Assembly: GCA_030141605.1 (NCBI GenBank)
Contig: JAQGDQ010000197.1
Location: forward strand, 124,001 to 188,000
Length of the DNA stretch: 64,000 bases
Reading direction: 5' to 3'
DNA from: Tubiluchus corallicola
Lineage: Eukaryota; Animalia; Priapulida
Shown here: positions 50,701 to 63,100 of the stretch, piece by piece
How positions within the stretch are numbered: the stretch's first letter is position 1
Layout of the letters: each line of letters opens with the position of its first letter
Made by a program: the position numbers and the translations under genes
The notes under the pieces: model-generated
What the model was told of the DNA's origin: nothing
Database searches by the model: none
The model's input: the letters and a program-made list of their open reading frames with translations, nothing else

Positions 50701-53664
50701 AACCAATTTACCACCACAAGTATAACATAAAGTCATCCTTACAAAGAACATGTGTGTGATAGTTACTGAAATTTATAGTTTTGCAAATTTAAACACATAA
50801 GCTTTATTAACCTCATTTATTTAAAGTAAAGTCCAGAAAGGGTAGTTGCCTCCATGTAGCAACAACCCACTTTTTTAACCATACGATGACTGACACAATA
50901 GTGGATCTCTGATAACAGCTGATAGACAAGAGGTGAGAAATCAACTAGTGACTGATGATTCCATGGATGGTGGGGAAAATTTGACAGAGGTTCAGACAAA
51001 ACCTTAGACAAAGATAAATGGCCAAAAGAGAAGTAAGCACACTTTTGCAGAGGTACAAAATGGCATTCCATACCAAAAGCATTCAAAATACATTGAGGAG
51101 ATAGAGAAATTATGGTGTAGCTCCTTGTCAAAGTACAGGAGGCCATACGGGACTACTGAAGAACAATGTCATGGCACTGACTAGCAACAATGAAGTGTGA
51201 TGTTCATCTCATCATTACTGCTGACAAAATTGACTGCTACTATTTCTAAAACTGCAGCTCATTTAACACAGTGACATTGATTACTATTAAAAGTGTAAAT
51301 AGTTATTTGCTATTATACTGTACATCAAGATTGGGCATGACATTGTTATTTGAGGAGAACCTGAAGGAAACATGTCTGAACAATTGATTGTATTTAGAGA
51401 TCTTAAAATTGTTAAACTTCGAATCAACATATTTCGTAATAAGACCAAGGTCAACTTCTTCAGTGACTACAACTAAATACATGTACAAAAGTCTTTATAA
51501 TCATGATACAGGCTCTTGATACCTACATGTGTGACTGCACTTAGCCTTTACCAAATTCTGTTAAACACACATATTTATAAATGTCGAAATAGGAAGTAAT
51601 TATAAAATAACATGTATATCCATCTGTAACTACGTGTAATCAATCCTGCTAGTACAGACTGACCATCTGGAATTACACACGAGTATAATATTTAATACTG
51701 GCCTATCAAAGTTGACGTAAGTGTATGGCACAGGAGCTTCTTTGCTACTATAGGTAGGGTTGACAGATGTCCCTTATATATGGGACATGTCCCATATTTG
51801 AAAATTTTGTCCCTTGACTCATACTGACCTTTCAGGGACACCCAAATGTCTCGCATTTAGTTCATTTTCAAATTTCGTAATAAAAATATATTTTTACTAC
51901 TTTCTTACAGTTCGTAGTTGTAAGATGTAATGAGGCAACTATATAGCTAGTGTTGCTGGAAGTTTACACAAAACTGGCGTGTTTGCACCTTGTTCAGCTG
52001 CTATGGTTACCATTTTGCACTTCAGCCTAAATAAACTTTTAGTTTATTTTCTGTATTGTTTGTATTAAATAGTAAGTTTCGAAATTATTTTCCTTTACAT
52101 TTGTATATTGTCTCTATTAAATAAGAATTTTCAATTATTTCTTTTTCTCAGAATTTGTTTTAGTCATATGTATTGCCTGTATTAAATAATAATATTTTCT
52201 GTTTTCAAATGATTTCACTTTTACAGATGTTTCTTTAACGTTACCGTTACCGTCGAAGGATAGAGGTTAAGCATACATAGCTTATAAACCTCTCCACTTT
52301 TCCTTGTTTACTTTATCAATATTAAAAATACACAATGGGTGGCGACACTGCGATCACGAAGCGAAGCATAGGGTTTCTTGTTGCCATTGTGGCAACCTGG
52401 GGTCTATATATTTTTCAGCATTGTTTTTCCAAAATATATCAAGACGAGACTTAAACTGGGCAGGATTGGGTGCTTGAACTACATGGTCAGGCAGCTTGTT
52501 CCACTCATTAATTACTCGCCTTGCGAATGTGAATCTTCTTCTGCTCCACCTTTGGGGAACTGTTCTCTTCTTAATTTTGTAGGAGTGACCTCTGGTACCA
52601 TGATATGTCTGTCGGTAGAAAAATATTTCACGTTGATGGTTTCTATGCCTTTAAGAATATGGAATGTTTGGATTAAATCTTGTCTTTTGCGTCTGTATTT
52701 CAGAGTTGTAAGGCTCAGAATCTTAAGTCTTGCAACATATGGTAAATGAGAAATAGCAGGTACAAGTCTAGTAGCACGACGTTGTATACTTTCAATTTTC
52801 CTTATCATGTCTTGACGATTTGGGCTCCAAATCACATCACCATAATCCAGAATAGGACGAACCATTGATTTATATAGTTTGGTCAACATAGGTCCGTCAA
52901 GGTGAGAGAAACTACGTTTGATCAATGTCAGTCTTCCACGTGCTTTATTGACAACGTTGTTTATATGTGTTTGAAAATTGAGGATACTGTCGATGGTAAT
53001 ACCCAGGTCTTTTTCTTCTGTGACGCTTATAATTTCTTTAGAACCTTGTTCATGTGCCATTTTATATGTACACCTGCAATATCATGCCTTCCAATAGTCA
53101 GGAGCTTACATTTTTCGGTGTTAAATTCCATTTGCCACTGGCGACACCATTGGTCGGCATAATTAATATTATTCTGCATGACCTCAAAATCATCCAGGCA
53201 GCAGCTTTACCATATATTTTAGTGTCATCTGCAAACAGGCTCACAGTTCAAATGATTTTATTTTTGTTTTTCTCATACCCATTAAGATCAATCCTTGCTT
53301 TATGTTTTTAGATTATGTCTCGGCTTTTATATAATATATTGGTTAGGGATATATATATATATATATTTACATAGTAATACGTTTAAGGGTGTCCCGCATT
53401 TCTAATCTGGCAACCCTAAATATAGGCCTATTCTGCTACTGCACATATATAACAAATGACGACGCGAAATTACACGGATTCTGGCACACTTCTCTCAGGT
53501 ACTGTAGAGAGAACATAAATTTATTACACCCTGCATACTACTTTACTAATACTAGTTACGATCAAACAACAACTGAACAAGATTTGTCTTAGTCGAGTTA
53601 AATCCGAGGCCAAAGCACTACATAGGGGTATATAGTAGCTTACCATATCAGAAGTCGACTGCAT
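44788..53664 (-). CDS. CYB5R3: NADH-cytochrome b5 reductase (CYB5R1/2/3 family), 8 coding exons, about 304 aa
   Basis: Exons 53664-53644 (MQSTSDM, least certain), 50163-50023 (hydrophobic anchor, [13 protein letters not shown]), 49499-49427 ([19 protein letters not shown]), 48157-48051 ([11 protein letters not shown]), 47951-47822 ([12 protein letters not shown]), 47573-47490 (IAGGTG), 46249-46064 ([17 protein letters not shown]), 44960-44788 (MCGPPPMI). All GT-AG, 915 nt. Orthology to a specific vertebrate paralog cannot be resolved. Confidence 0.93.
45833..46029. mobile_element. pogo/Tigger-like MITE, copy C (short, opposite orientation to copy A)
   Basis: TA-cagtaggcgctg...cccaaagtgagtccattaagcggcaccactg-TA. 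Confidence 0.8.
46430..46995 (+). mobile_element. L2-type LINE 3' fragment
   Basis: [21 protein letters not shown]...LH...[18 protein letters not shown] is the degenerate L2 ORF2 tail; followed by a W-x-S-L-like segment and a (tta)n tail. Confidence 0.7.
51755..53418. mobile_element. hAT (Blackjack-like) non-autonomous element containing a nested LINE
   Basis: TIRs tagggttgacagat / atctggcaacccta; 8-bp TSD actatagg (51747-51754) vs aatatagg (53419-53426); gtccc/gggac subterminal motifs. Confidence 0.82.
52238..53250 (-). mobile_element. 5'-truncated CR1-type LINE (RT C-terminal half, 3' UTR, tandem tail)
   Basis: LFADDTKIY near 53240-53214; [42 protein letters not shown] in ORF 52512-53060; (GGTAAC)n-like tail at about 52239-52253. 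Confidence 0.88.
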
Positions 53665-53949
53665 TTTATGCAAACCTCTTCTAAATGCTTTTACACTAGA
53701 AATTATGAGTGTTGCAAATGCTATAACTTACTGTACACATGTACAGTAACACAGCTGTTACAGCCTAGTGAGCATACAGCCACCACCTGTATGCACCGCA
53801 AAATAGCGAAAGCCGAATGAACTGTATTTACAAGTGCTACGGCTACGCGCACGACACTTACTGGAGTACGTCAGGGCGACACACTGAGTCCAAATCTAAT
53901 CTATTCAGTCTACATGTAAGCGACATTTAATAATCTCTTTCTCTGACAG

Positions 53950-55170
53950 TGACGCAACTGAAATCGATGATAAGAAATTCAAATGCTTACAATATGCTGA
54001 TAATCTGATTCTTTTAGTAAGTCAAAAATATATTCAATGAATTGTTAGGCTACACATTAAAAAATCTTCTTCAGCTTAACAATAAGAAACAAAAGTTGTG
54101 ACATTTGGCAAAAACTTCTAGTGACATATTCACATGTACCTCAAATACTATATGAAAAAAACATAAAATATTTTGCATCTACTTTACAGACACGATATTA
54201 CCAAACATACAGGAGCAACGAGAAAACTGGGCATCGGGGCTTTATGTAAATTAAGATTAAGATTGACTTTAACAGTAAATTACAGTTTTCCCATCACCAC
54301 ATTAATACATCTGTTTGATGCCCTTGTAGTACCATTAGCCATTTACGGATGTGAAATTTGACCACCAAATACATGAAATCTGGTCACCAAATATATATAT
54401 AGCATATGTATAGCATTTATATACATACATATATATAATCTGGTCACCAAATATATTGGGACATATATAGCAAAATTTAACAAGATCAACAACCAAGACA
54501 CAGAAAAATATATTCAAAACCTGGAACCAGTTTCCCTTTGTACATGTTTTAAACAAATTTGCAAAATACCTCAAATACATGGGCTGCAAAGCAGAACTAG
54601 GTCTAGTTCTAATCTCAGAGAAAGTTGCAAAATGACATTTAAAAAAGCATTTCAAACCTCTCTATCAAGAAATATACTTCAGAAACATCTCTTTAAATAT
54701 CTAGGCACCCTGAGCAACTTTTCTCCCAAATGAGACTGTTTTGACAAACAAGGGGAAGTAGCTAGGAAACTTTTATGAAAGGCATTTTGTTTCATCAAAA
54801 GGCCAATGAATGTCAGAAAAACGTAGAAGCAAGTTATAAAATGTTATTTTTCTAAGAAATATATGATGACAACAGGAAGGCCGGAGTAACAAATAAAATA
54901 AGATTTTTGAAAAACACAATACGTAATACTATAGATGGCTATAATTTTAGATTATAGATAACAAACAAGACAGACGTAACATTACAAAACTCAGAACAAG
55001 CGATCATGACCTACAAATTGAAAAAAAAACAGATTTATGACTCAACAAGAAAATGAAAGGCTCTGTTCTTTCTGTGTCGGCAGTAGAGATAACAGGCAAA
55101 ACCCAACACAGGATGAACAACACTTCGTATTTGAATTGACCGCACATAAAGAAATCAGAGAGAAATATTA
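53950..55170 (+). mobile_element. Highly decayed LINE (RTE-X/CR1-like) ORF2 fragment
   Basis: Scattered motifs LQYADNLILL, LFDALVVPLAIYGCEI, ITKLRTSDHDLQIE, RLCSFC...DEQHFVF across many stops and frameshifts. Confidence 0.7.
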
Positions 55171-55748
55171 AAATCATTTTTATAATTTTATTTTTTAAAC
55201 AGCTCAGTCTTTTTTTTGTACTTTAGTTGGCTATTAGTAATGTCTGAACTCCACAGTTTTTATATTTTCAATGAGTGCATGAACTGTAGACCAAACAAAA
55301 GTCTCCGTACCATACATGAACAATAATGAGGAATGCTGACTGAACATAATACTATTTTGTCTCATGCAAATATAGTATTTTCGTGTTATTAGGCTTAGGT
55401 AAGTAGTAATTAAACTTTTTTGTATGTGTATTAACATGTTGAAGCACTTTAATAGTTATAATTACTTTGTGTCATGTAGCTGATGTTCATGTCTATTTTG
55501 GTAATGTATGTACTTTTTACGCATTTGAGCAAGTAAACTGAATTGAATTGAAACGTTGAAAAATGAAAGCTGTATACGCATGTGCATACAACATGTCATT
55601 GCAAATAAAATTAAAAAAATATTATTCCATCCTCGAAACAGCAAACTGGATTTCTCCAACTAAAGCACTATGCCAGTATTTTGTCAGTATAATTGCTAAG
55701 TCAACAGGTACGCTCTTAAAAATGAAAACAAAAGTAATTAACACCTAC

Positions 55749-55975
55749 ATCTTTGAAAGCGGTCACCGATTACGGTTTGGTAGCAAGCTTGTCTGTGTAT
55801 GCTTAATATGTGTCAATGGTAATGATCGCCGAGTGCGCGAAGTAGGACTGCGGACGATAATGACATGGCATCCCGTTCGTGGGAATGTGTCATAATTGTG
55901 CGACTGTGGATCCGTGCGGTTTAGACAGGTGGATTATTTGAGATTGAGAGCGAACGAGTCAACGAACTGTACACA
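55749..55975. promoter_or_regulatory. CpG-enriched putative promoter with divergent splice donors (candidate non-coding first exons)
   Basis: CpG density well above background; + donor aca|gtaagg at 55976; - donor gat|gtaggt at 55748; lies between the divergent reductase and liprin-beta genes. Confidence 0.5.
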
Positions 55976-56760
55976 GTAAGGTTTTCAGAATTATATTTTA
56001 TTTGCGCAAGTGATAGCCATTAGAGCGTATATGTTGAAATTTAGTGGTTAATTGATACATAAAGTTTTCAGATCAAGAATAGTTGTTTCACATTTATTAC
56101 GCTGTAATTGAATTTGAATATTACTAGTAGTACCACTTGTAGAGTTGCAGTAATTAGTAAGAGACTGGGTTGCCGTTTCGTATGATCCTGATTATTGTAT
56201 AGGAGGTTAAAAATTATCGTATTTTTCGCCAAATTACCCAAAATTATTATATTTAGTATCAAATTATTGTATAATTATAAACTTAATTAGTAGCTATAGT
56301 ATAACATTAAAAGTGGCAAACAACAAATGTAAAATTAAATTTGCAATAGCACGGTGAATTCTGCATGTCGCTAAATTCTGCATGTGCAGAATCAAGGCTT
56401 ATTGTCATCATGACGAGCATTCTTTTTTGATGTGGCTGCTTTTTTCAGGAAACTCTGTTCAGCACACTTCGGACTACAATGAAATAAAGTTTATTTACTT
56501 TCCTCTGGCTTGCAATAACATTCTAAAAGTGTTCAGTGTGCAGTTTTTTTCACACTTATTTTTTTTTCGTATTATTACATTTTCGTATAATTATCGTATT
56601 GTCACTTTTGCGCACTGCATGAAGCCTGAAATTATCGTATGTTCCAATAATTATCTTATAAACGGCAGCCCTGCTAGGAGGAGGTAGATAATAAACAAAA
56701 CAGGTTGGGATTTATGTTTCTAATCGTATTCTAGCAGATTCTCCCAAAACTCGCATGACA

Positions 56761-57010
56761 AACTTGAAAGATAAAAAATGTAAAAAAGTTGAAATATACC
56801 CTGGATTTGAACCAGGGACTTTCTACTTAACAGGCAAATACCTTAGACTAACCGGCTACTGTGTTCCCCAGTGATCACAGCAGTCCAAAGTTCATACCTT
56901 ACAGCTTGCCAACCAAATTCAGCATTTCCAATGTTAAATTGCTCACACTGGGATGATTCTAACTAATCAGATTAATTTTTTATAGGTATTGATTAATTTG
57001 AGCCTGAAAT
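56761..57010 (-). repeat. Interspersed repeat with an internal tRNA-like module; second, inverted copy at about 59990-60143 plus 60624-60720
   Basis: A-box-like gtagccggttagtctaagg and B-box ggttcaaatcc; shared flank ttggaaatgYtgaatt(t)ggttggYaa in both copies. Confidence 0.65.
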
Positions 57011-60000
57011 TTCTTTTGTACACTGTAATCAATTAATTATTATAATCTTAATGCCAAAGTTATTAATTATTAACGATGGTGCAAATGCACAATTAACTAA
57101 ACTTTAATACCAAATTCTTTTGTTTAATTTGTTGCAATTATTTTCATTTTTAGAAATAGATTTTATTGCCTATCCATTTTTACTTTCTCTGTGGAGGTTG
57201 TGTTTTTATTGCTGTTGGTTTGTTAAGTATTAACAAATTATCTAGAAACTACGTCACCGATTTTAATTTTACGACTTTTGCAAACTTTTCTGGATGGTTA
57301 CAGTGTGTGACAGGGAAGAAAGCCTTCAATTTTGGTGCAGTTTTCAGATGTCAGGAAGGAACAGGTGTGAAAAACTGCCGAAACAAGCATTTTCACCTGT
57401 TTTTTTAACAAAACTTGATGAACATCAAGTAGAAAAACTTATAATTAGCGCTTACCGGTGTATTGGAGGAGTTATAGCTCTTTGGAAAGAGAATGAACTA
57501 TATGCCACAAGATAGGATAGTAGATCTTCTGTTTAAACATCTCCAAAAGGATAAACAACTACTAGTTATTAGCAGACTTATTTTGGGGAATTCTTGCTTG
57601 AAAGCTATGATGTTGTCATCGATCTGTACCTATTGTTGTGACGTCATCAGTTATACTCTCTCTATCTCTATCATCTTTGCGTCAGTGTGTATGTAAATGC
57701 ACAGTGTTGAGCAGTCTAGGCAGCGGAACAATTACTAGTGATCTTAATCTTAAGCAGCTGTGTATTTGTGCTTGGCGGAAGCTGTGCTGTGCCAAGTGCC
57801 CTTCTCGTTTCTTTCGAAATTATTTATGCAGTATTCATCGCATGTGACACAGTTATTTTGTCAAGCTGCAGCACTCAATTTGGGGGTAAGGCAGTGTAAC
57901 AAGGCAGTTTTGAACCTGCGTCAAAATTGCCAAAGTCATCCACATGCTCTTATGTGAGCAAGAAATCTATGTTAACAATTATATTTACCAAATTAATCTT
58001 GAGACAGTGTTGAATCTTCCACATTATGGTAGAGGTCAAGGGCCTCAACAGTTTATTCCCATAAATATGTATTTGGAAGAAGTAAAATTTAAATGGCACA
58101 ATGTAATAGTGACTTGGCGTGCTTAGCATGCTGACTTTGACTATAATTCATGACCTCAGAAGAAAGACACCTAAAATGTTACAAAATATTACAAGTTATT
58201 TGAAGACCAGGTTATCTGCTTTGAAGTATACTATTAATATTTTGCTCCTGTGTAACATTTGCCATTGTAATATCCCAGCTCATAGGTTAGCAAAGTCGTC
58301 ACACTAGTCATTAAAATTATGCAGTGCGAAGGAAGAACTAATGAACAGTTTTGATATGAATCTATCAGCTTTTTTGTAACAGCTAGAATTGTTAGAAAAT
58401 GTTATCAAGTGGTTGCAATTTCACAAATACGACAGATTGTCCATGTAGATAGTATATAACTACACATAACCTTTGTATGCGTACTTAACATTTTTATTAT
58501 ATAAAAATTTAGTTGGTGTGTAAAACAAGTATTCATAATTGTGACATTAGTGTGATTTAGATGTTTTCAAGTGAAATTTATATTGGTCACATAAATCCTA
58601 CACTAGGAGTAGTCTGAAAATTTCCAAGCATTTATACTAATTTAGAATAGTGGCATAACTGTGACTGCACAGCCCTGCTTGTTCAGCTATTTCATTTTTA
58701 TTACAGCAGCTGGTGTATGTATTTTAATTTTATTGGCATTATTTTGTAGATCAATTAATTGCATCTAATGCAGGCTTGTCCAATTCAACGTTAGTTTTAC
58801 ATGGTTAAACAAATTTTATGACTTCAAATAACCTAAAGCATTATTGCTTGCTTTGTCATACTGTAAATGAATATTTTTATGGTATCAGTAAAAGGATGTG
58901 AATTTTTCTGACAACTGATTGTTTTTTCAGTCGGTCATATAGTAACCACCCCTTAGCAATCAACCATTACTATCGATGTAATTTAAAAATGGTGTTAAGT
59001 AGCATTTGGAGAGAGACAATTTACTTTTTGATAAAAAGATTTTCTACTGAGGGAATTCAACTATTCAAGTAACAATATTATGAGTAAGGATTAAAAATAA
59101 AAGGTTAAGTATTTCCCATTTATGAGCCAAATAATAGTAGCAAGGTTATGAAAAGGCAACAAAACATTAACAAATTCAACAAAGCAGCAATTCCAAATGT
59201 AATGAACTAATGATAAAAAAGGCAACTTGACAAAACAACTCAAGGTGCTGCTAAATGTAGAAGCTATAAAAAATATTGGCAATAAGGCAAGTAAAAGTGT
59301 CAAAAATATTTAGCCATTCAGTAAAGCAACAAAAAATATGATAAGGCTGAGAGTAACCTAGTGAGTATATTAAAATCTTGATACTGGTATAACACAGTTA
59401 TTATGGCAGCATATTTTAGTTATCTCAGCTATGTGCAGCATTACATGTTATATACATCCTGGTTGCTATTGGTCCCACTGGCACTGTATAATTACTTAAC
59501 TTTGTTAACTTGCTTTAGCCACATTGTAGGAACGTATTCCCATTTGGCACAGCAATGGTATAATTGATGAGTTGTAGTTGTGCGTCACGTGGCAAGTCCG
59601 GGACAGTCATTGATTTCTGTCTGCTTACTAGCGGCGCTGGACTGCGTTCTGTGAAATTATTTAATGAAATTAGTGTTGGTAAGAAGCTGAGTTGCTTGTA
59701 GAATGTACTTGAAGATGCGAAGTCAGTGTTTCGTGTGACAAATTAAACTTAATGCATTACTATGTGGTTTCTTGGATAGCTGGTACGAGAAATAAAGATG
59801 TTGGTTAAGTCTTGTATAATAATTTTGACTTCAGTATTGGCAATGCATTGACAACATACAAACAGCAGAAATTACAATTTTTTAACACTTGGTTTTTAAT
59901 TTTGGTTTTGTATGTCAACTGAATATTCCTAATTAGCGTCATTAATTAACTATTCGTAATATTATGGATTATTATTTAGTTACTTGCAGATTTTTCTGGC

Positions 60001-60143
60001 CTTAAATTAATTGCAAAAAATTAATCTAATTAGTTAATAATTAATAATTAATTCTACTATCCAGCAAACTAACCCTTGGAAATGTTGAATTGGTTGGTAA
60101 AGATAGAAAGATTAGAACCTGTTGTGATTACAAGCACGAGTAG

Positions 60144-60615
60144 CAGTGGCGTAACAACTAGGCTGGGGGCCCTTGGACAAATTGAACGAAAGGCCCCATA
60201 TCGACCCCATTTTTAATTTTGTAAAAAAAGTGTTGAAGTAATGAAATTATTATAAAACACAAAAAAATGACTAAATGAAAAGCGAAATCGAACTTTATTA
60301 TTATAGCAAATTGTTTACATAGTTGCGTTAGATACACCAAAATAGAAATAAGGCAACAAGTAACGCATACACAGTGTATGTCAAGTAGAAATCCCGGAAT
60401 GAAATTGAAATACATAAACTTTACTGATCGAGCCTTAGTGTTGGCAAACTTGTCTATAATATTATCGATGTCTATCTTCTGAGCAGCATCACTCTCAATA
60501 GCCAAATGCCAAATAAATACACATTTTCCTGTATGTAAATTTGACTTGAGGGCCCCTAGACCTCTAGGGGCCCCTGGCATTTATCCAGCCTTGTCCAATG
60601 GGTGTTACGCCACTG
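60144..60615 (-). mobile_element. hAT deletion derivative retaining the transposase C-terminal remnant
   Basis: TIRs cagtggcgtaaca / tgttacgccactg; 8-bp TSD acgagtag vs gcgagtag; LAIESDAAQKIDIDNIIDKFANTKARSVKF resembles the end of the hAT dimerisation domain. Confidence 0.88.
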
Positions 60616-61215
60616 GCGAGTAGTCTAGTAGTTATGGTGTTCACATTTTAAGCAAAAGGTCTCTGGTTCACATCCAGGCTCTGTCAAATTTTTGACATTT
60701 CCTTTCTTTCAGACAAGTTTGATTTAAAAATTCAATGAGCATAAGTTCATTCCATCGGTAAATTAAGGTTATAAATAATTAATACTAGTAGAAATGATTA
60801 TAAATGATTTCTACTAGTAGACAAACAATAGTAGGTTAGTGTTTATTAACTTGTACTAATAAGAAATAAGTAGTGCAGTGTAGTTCAATGGTATAGCTTA
60901 GTTTTCCCCTACTAAAAATTCCTGAAAACTGGGCTTCTACAAGGCTAGCTACAGAGCAAAATGATTAACCTCTTTGGTGCAACATGTCAATCAAGAAATT
61001 GCTAAAGCTTTTTGAATGCAGAATGAAAAATAGAGTAAAAATTTCCCTTCTGGCTAAGTTCTTTGTTTGCCGATGCAGTATACCGTCAATATGCTCTTAC
61101 ATTTCGTATTTGACAACTAAATGCAATTTTTTTTGCAGAATGAAATGCTACTTGTGAGAAGAATCGATTAGTCATTTAGTTTCCTGATTTGGAAGTGTTT
61201 AAAAGTAATGTCAAG

Positions 61216-62263
61216 ATGGCAGCACCTACACAAGATGCTAGTGATATGCTTGCAGCTGCATTAGAACAAATGGATGGACTTATAGCAGGTATGTTCACAG
61301 TTTTATTAATATGTTATACTTATGTTTCTGTTTATGAGTAACAGATCTTTGCATTGGTAAGAGTATGTTTATTAAAGTTTCATTTTCATGTTTTGTCTGC
61401 TTGTTGCCAATCTAAACCTGAAACAATTCTTTTAGGTGCCAGATTTGAAATGAGTGATAAGGAATGTCGCAGCCAGAATATTTCGGATGTTGTAACAGCT
61501 GCAGAGGAACTTCGTTCATCTATTGAAAGTAACCCTTCAGGTATGGGAATATGGTAAACAATGATTCAAAATGGACTGTACCATTATAGTAAAATTCTTT
61601 ATATAATAATATAAAAAAATGTTTAAGTGATTTATAAATGAATAATTTATAAAGTTAAAATTATGCACCTATCGTGCATGTTAACTTAACAAATAGTTAT
61701 GTCTATGTATAGCAAAGAAAATGAACACCAGCTACAGATTTATCTTTTAGACACCAAATTTGTGATTTCTGATTCAAATCAGAAATTTGGTGTCTAAAGG
61801 ATTAACCTATAGACGATGCACTTTCTTTGCTAGGTCTATATGTGGTAGTTTCTGTTGGTTTAAGTTGGTAACACTTAATATTTTCATCTTTATATAAATA
61901 CTTCCTAGCACAGTTGTTCATTTAACACTTTTTATATACTTATGTTGTGCAAACTGTGTTTATTAATAAAGGAGATCTTAGTTTGTTGGTACTTTGCAGA
62001 TTTTATTTTTACATAGTATCTTCACAGTATTTAGATGTGTATCAAACCTACATATCGACCTGTATCTGAACTTTGTTCTAACCTTTTATGCCATGCTTCT
62101 CTGTTTTTTTCACAATGAAATTTATATATGAATGATTAAAACATATATGTTTGTTTTCATAGGAACAACAGTGAATGATATTCCAGACTTAACCCGTCAG
62201 TACTTAATGTCGTGGCTGCGAGGCAATAAATGTTCTCTTTTGAATGGAGGACTTACTAATGAG
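61216..62263 (+). CDS. PPFIBP1: Liprin-beta (PPFIBP1/2 homolog), first three coding exons (partial)
   Basis: Exon 61216-61288 encodes MAAPTQDASDMLAAALEQMDGLIAG, matching the liprin-beta N-terminal DASDMLAAALEQMDGIIAG motif; in-phase GT-AG exons follow at 61436-61540 and 62163-62263; upstream acceptor ttttgcag ends at 61138. Confidence 0.85.
61608..61936. repeat. Degenerate foldback (palindromic MITE-like) element
   Basis: Core ttagacaccaaatttgtgattt / aaatcagaaatttggtgtctaa, with outer pairs tagcaaagaaa/tttctttgcta and tataaaaa/tttttata. Confidence 0.7.
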
Positions 62264-62789
62264 GTAAATAATATCCCAATGGCAAATAAATGTAGTTGTA
62301 TTATTTTTTCTGGTTTACACTGATAAGTTTGTTTCAGGAACAGAGTGGTCAGTTTCAAGTATCCTTACTTTCAACATACCAGGGAAATGTATATTTAAGC
62401 ATATTGTTATCAAAATCCATACTCTCTCAAACTTGAGTTTTGAAGCAATTTTTAACTAAGCAACAGAAGAACTCTGCAAAATTTGTTAATGGCATTGCTC
62501 TTGGTAAACTTAATGGTAAACTTGATCTTTCATTATATTTAAAAAATGATGCTGAGTTGTTGGTATTTTACATCTACAGCTGTTAACCATTTGTTTATTA
62601 CTAGATACATGGCATCATTGTTCACTGCTTTGTAATTTATTGTTATAAAATTTCAGACTCACCACCAAAATTTTTGTTGTGGCTTCCATCATGTGACCTT
62701 GAGTCTAGCTGATTTATTTTAAATCTTCCCCAATTCACTTTAGATCGTTTAAACTCGTTATTTTGTCAACATTTTAAGCACGTAAAATG

Positions 62790-63100
62790 ATCAAAATGGT
62801 GTTTCAGTCACAAGTGGCTTGCACTTAAGTTTCTTGTGCAGTAGTTGTGCATTAGGCTTCCGTGCATGTAGTCCTAAAATAGCCCAGACTAGGGCAAGCT
62901 GTTGCAGAGCATGCAGTTTTCTCTTATGGTCCGTGGTTGCTTCCAAACTATCAGTGGTTCGTAAGACTTGGCTTAATACTACTAAGAGTACTAAATGTAC
63001 AGACTTCATGTTGGAAAACCTTTTGAGAGATTTTTGTTGTCTGCTTGATGCTATTGCGGTATTCTCATTATGGATCAGGTCTCCTGTGGTTCGCAAAGTT
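62790..63100 (-). mobile_element. Possible very old LINE ORF2 fragment
   Basis: KRKLHALQQLALVWAILG...LLHKKLKCKPL loosely resembles the LQxLQNRAxRxI...LxWxPL segment of L2/CR1-group RTs. Confidence 0.4.

Noticed and set aside
50952-50985. CTGATGA...GAAA hammerhead-like motif
   Set aside because: Stem II does not close next to GAAA, and no stem III or cleavage triplet can be formed.
50817-51146. 109-aa ORF in the first coding intron of the reductase
   Set aside because: No recognisable domain or convincing splice context.
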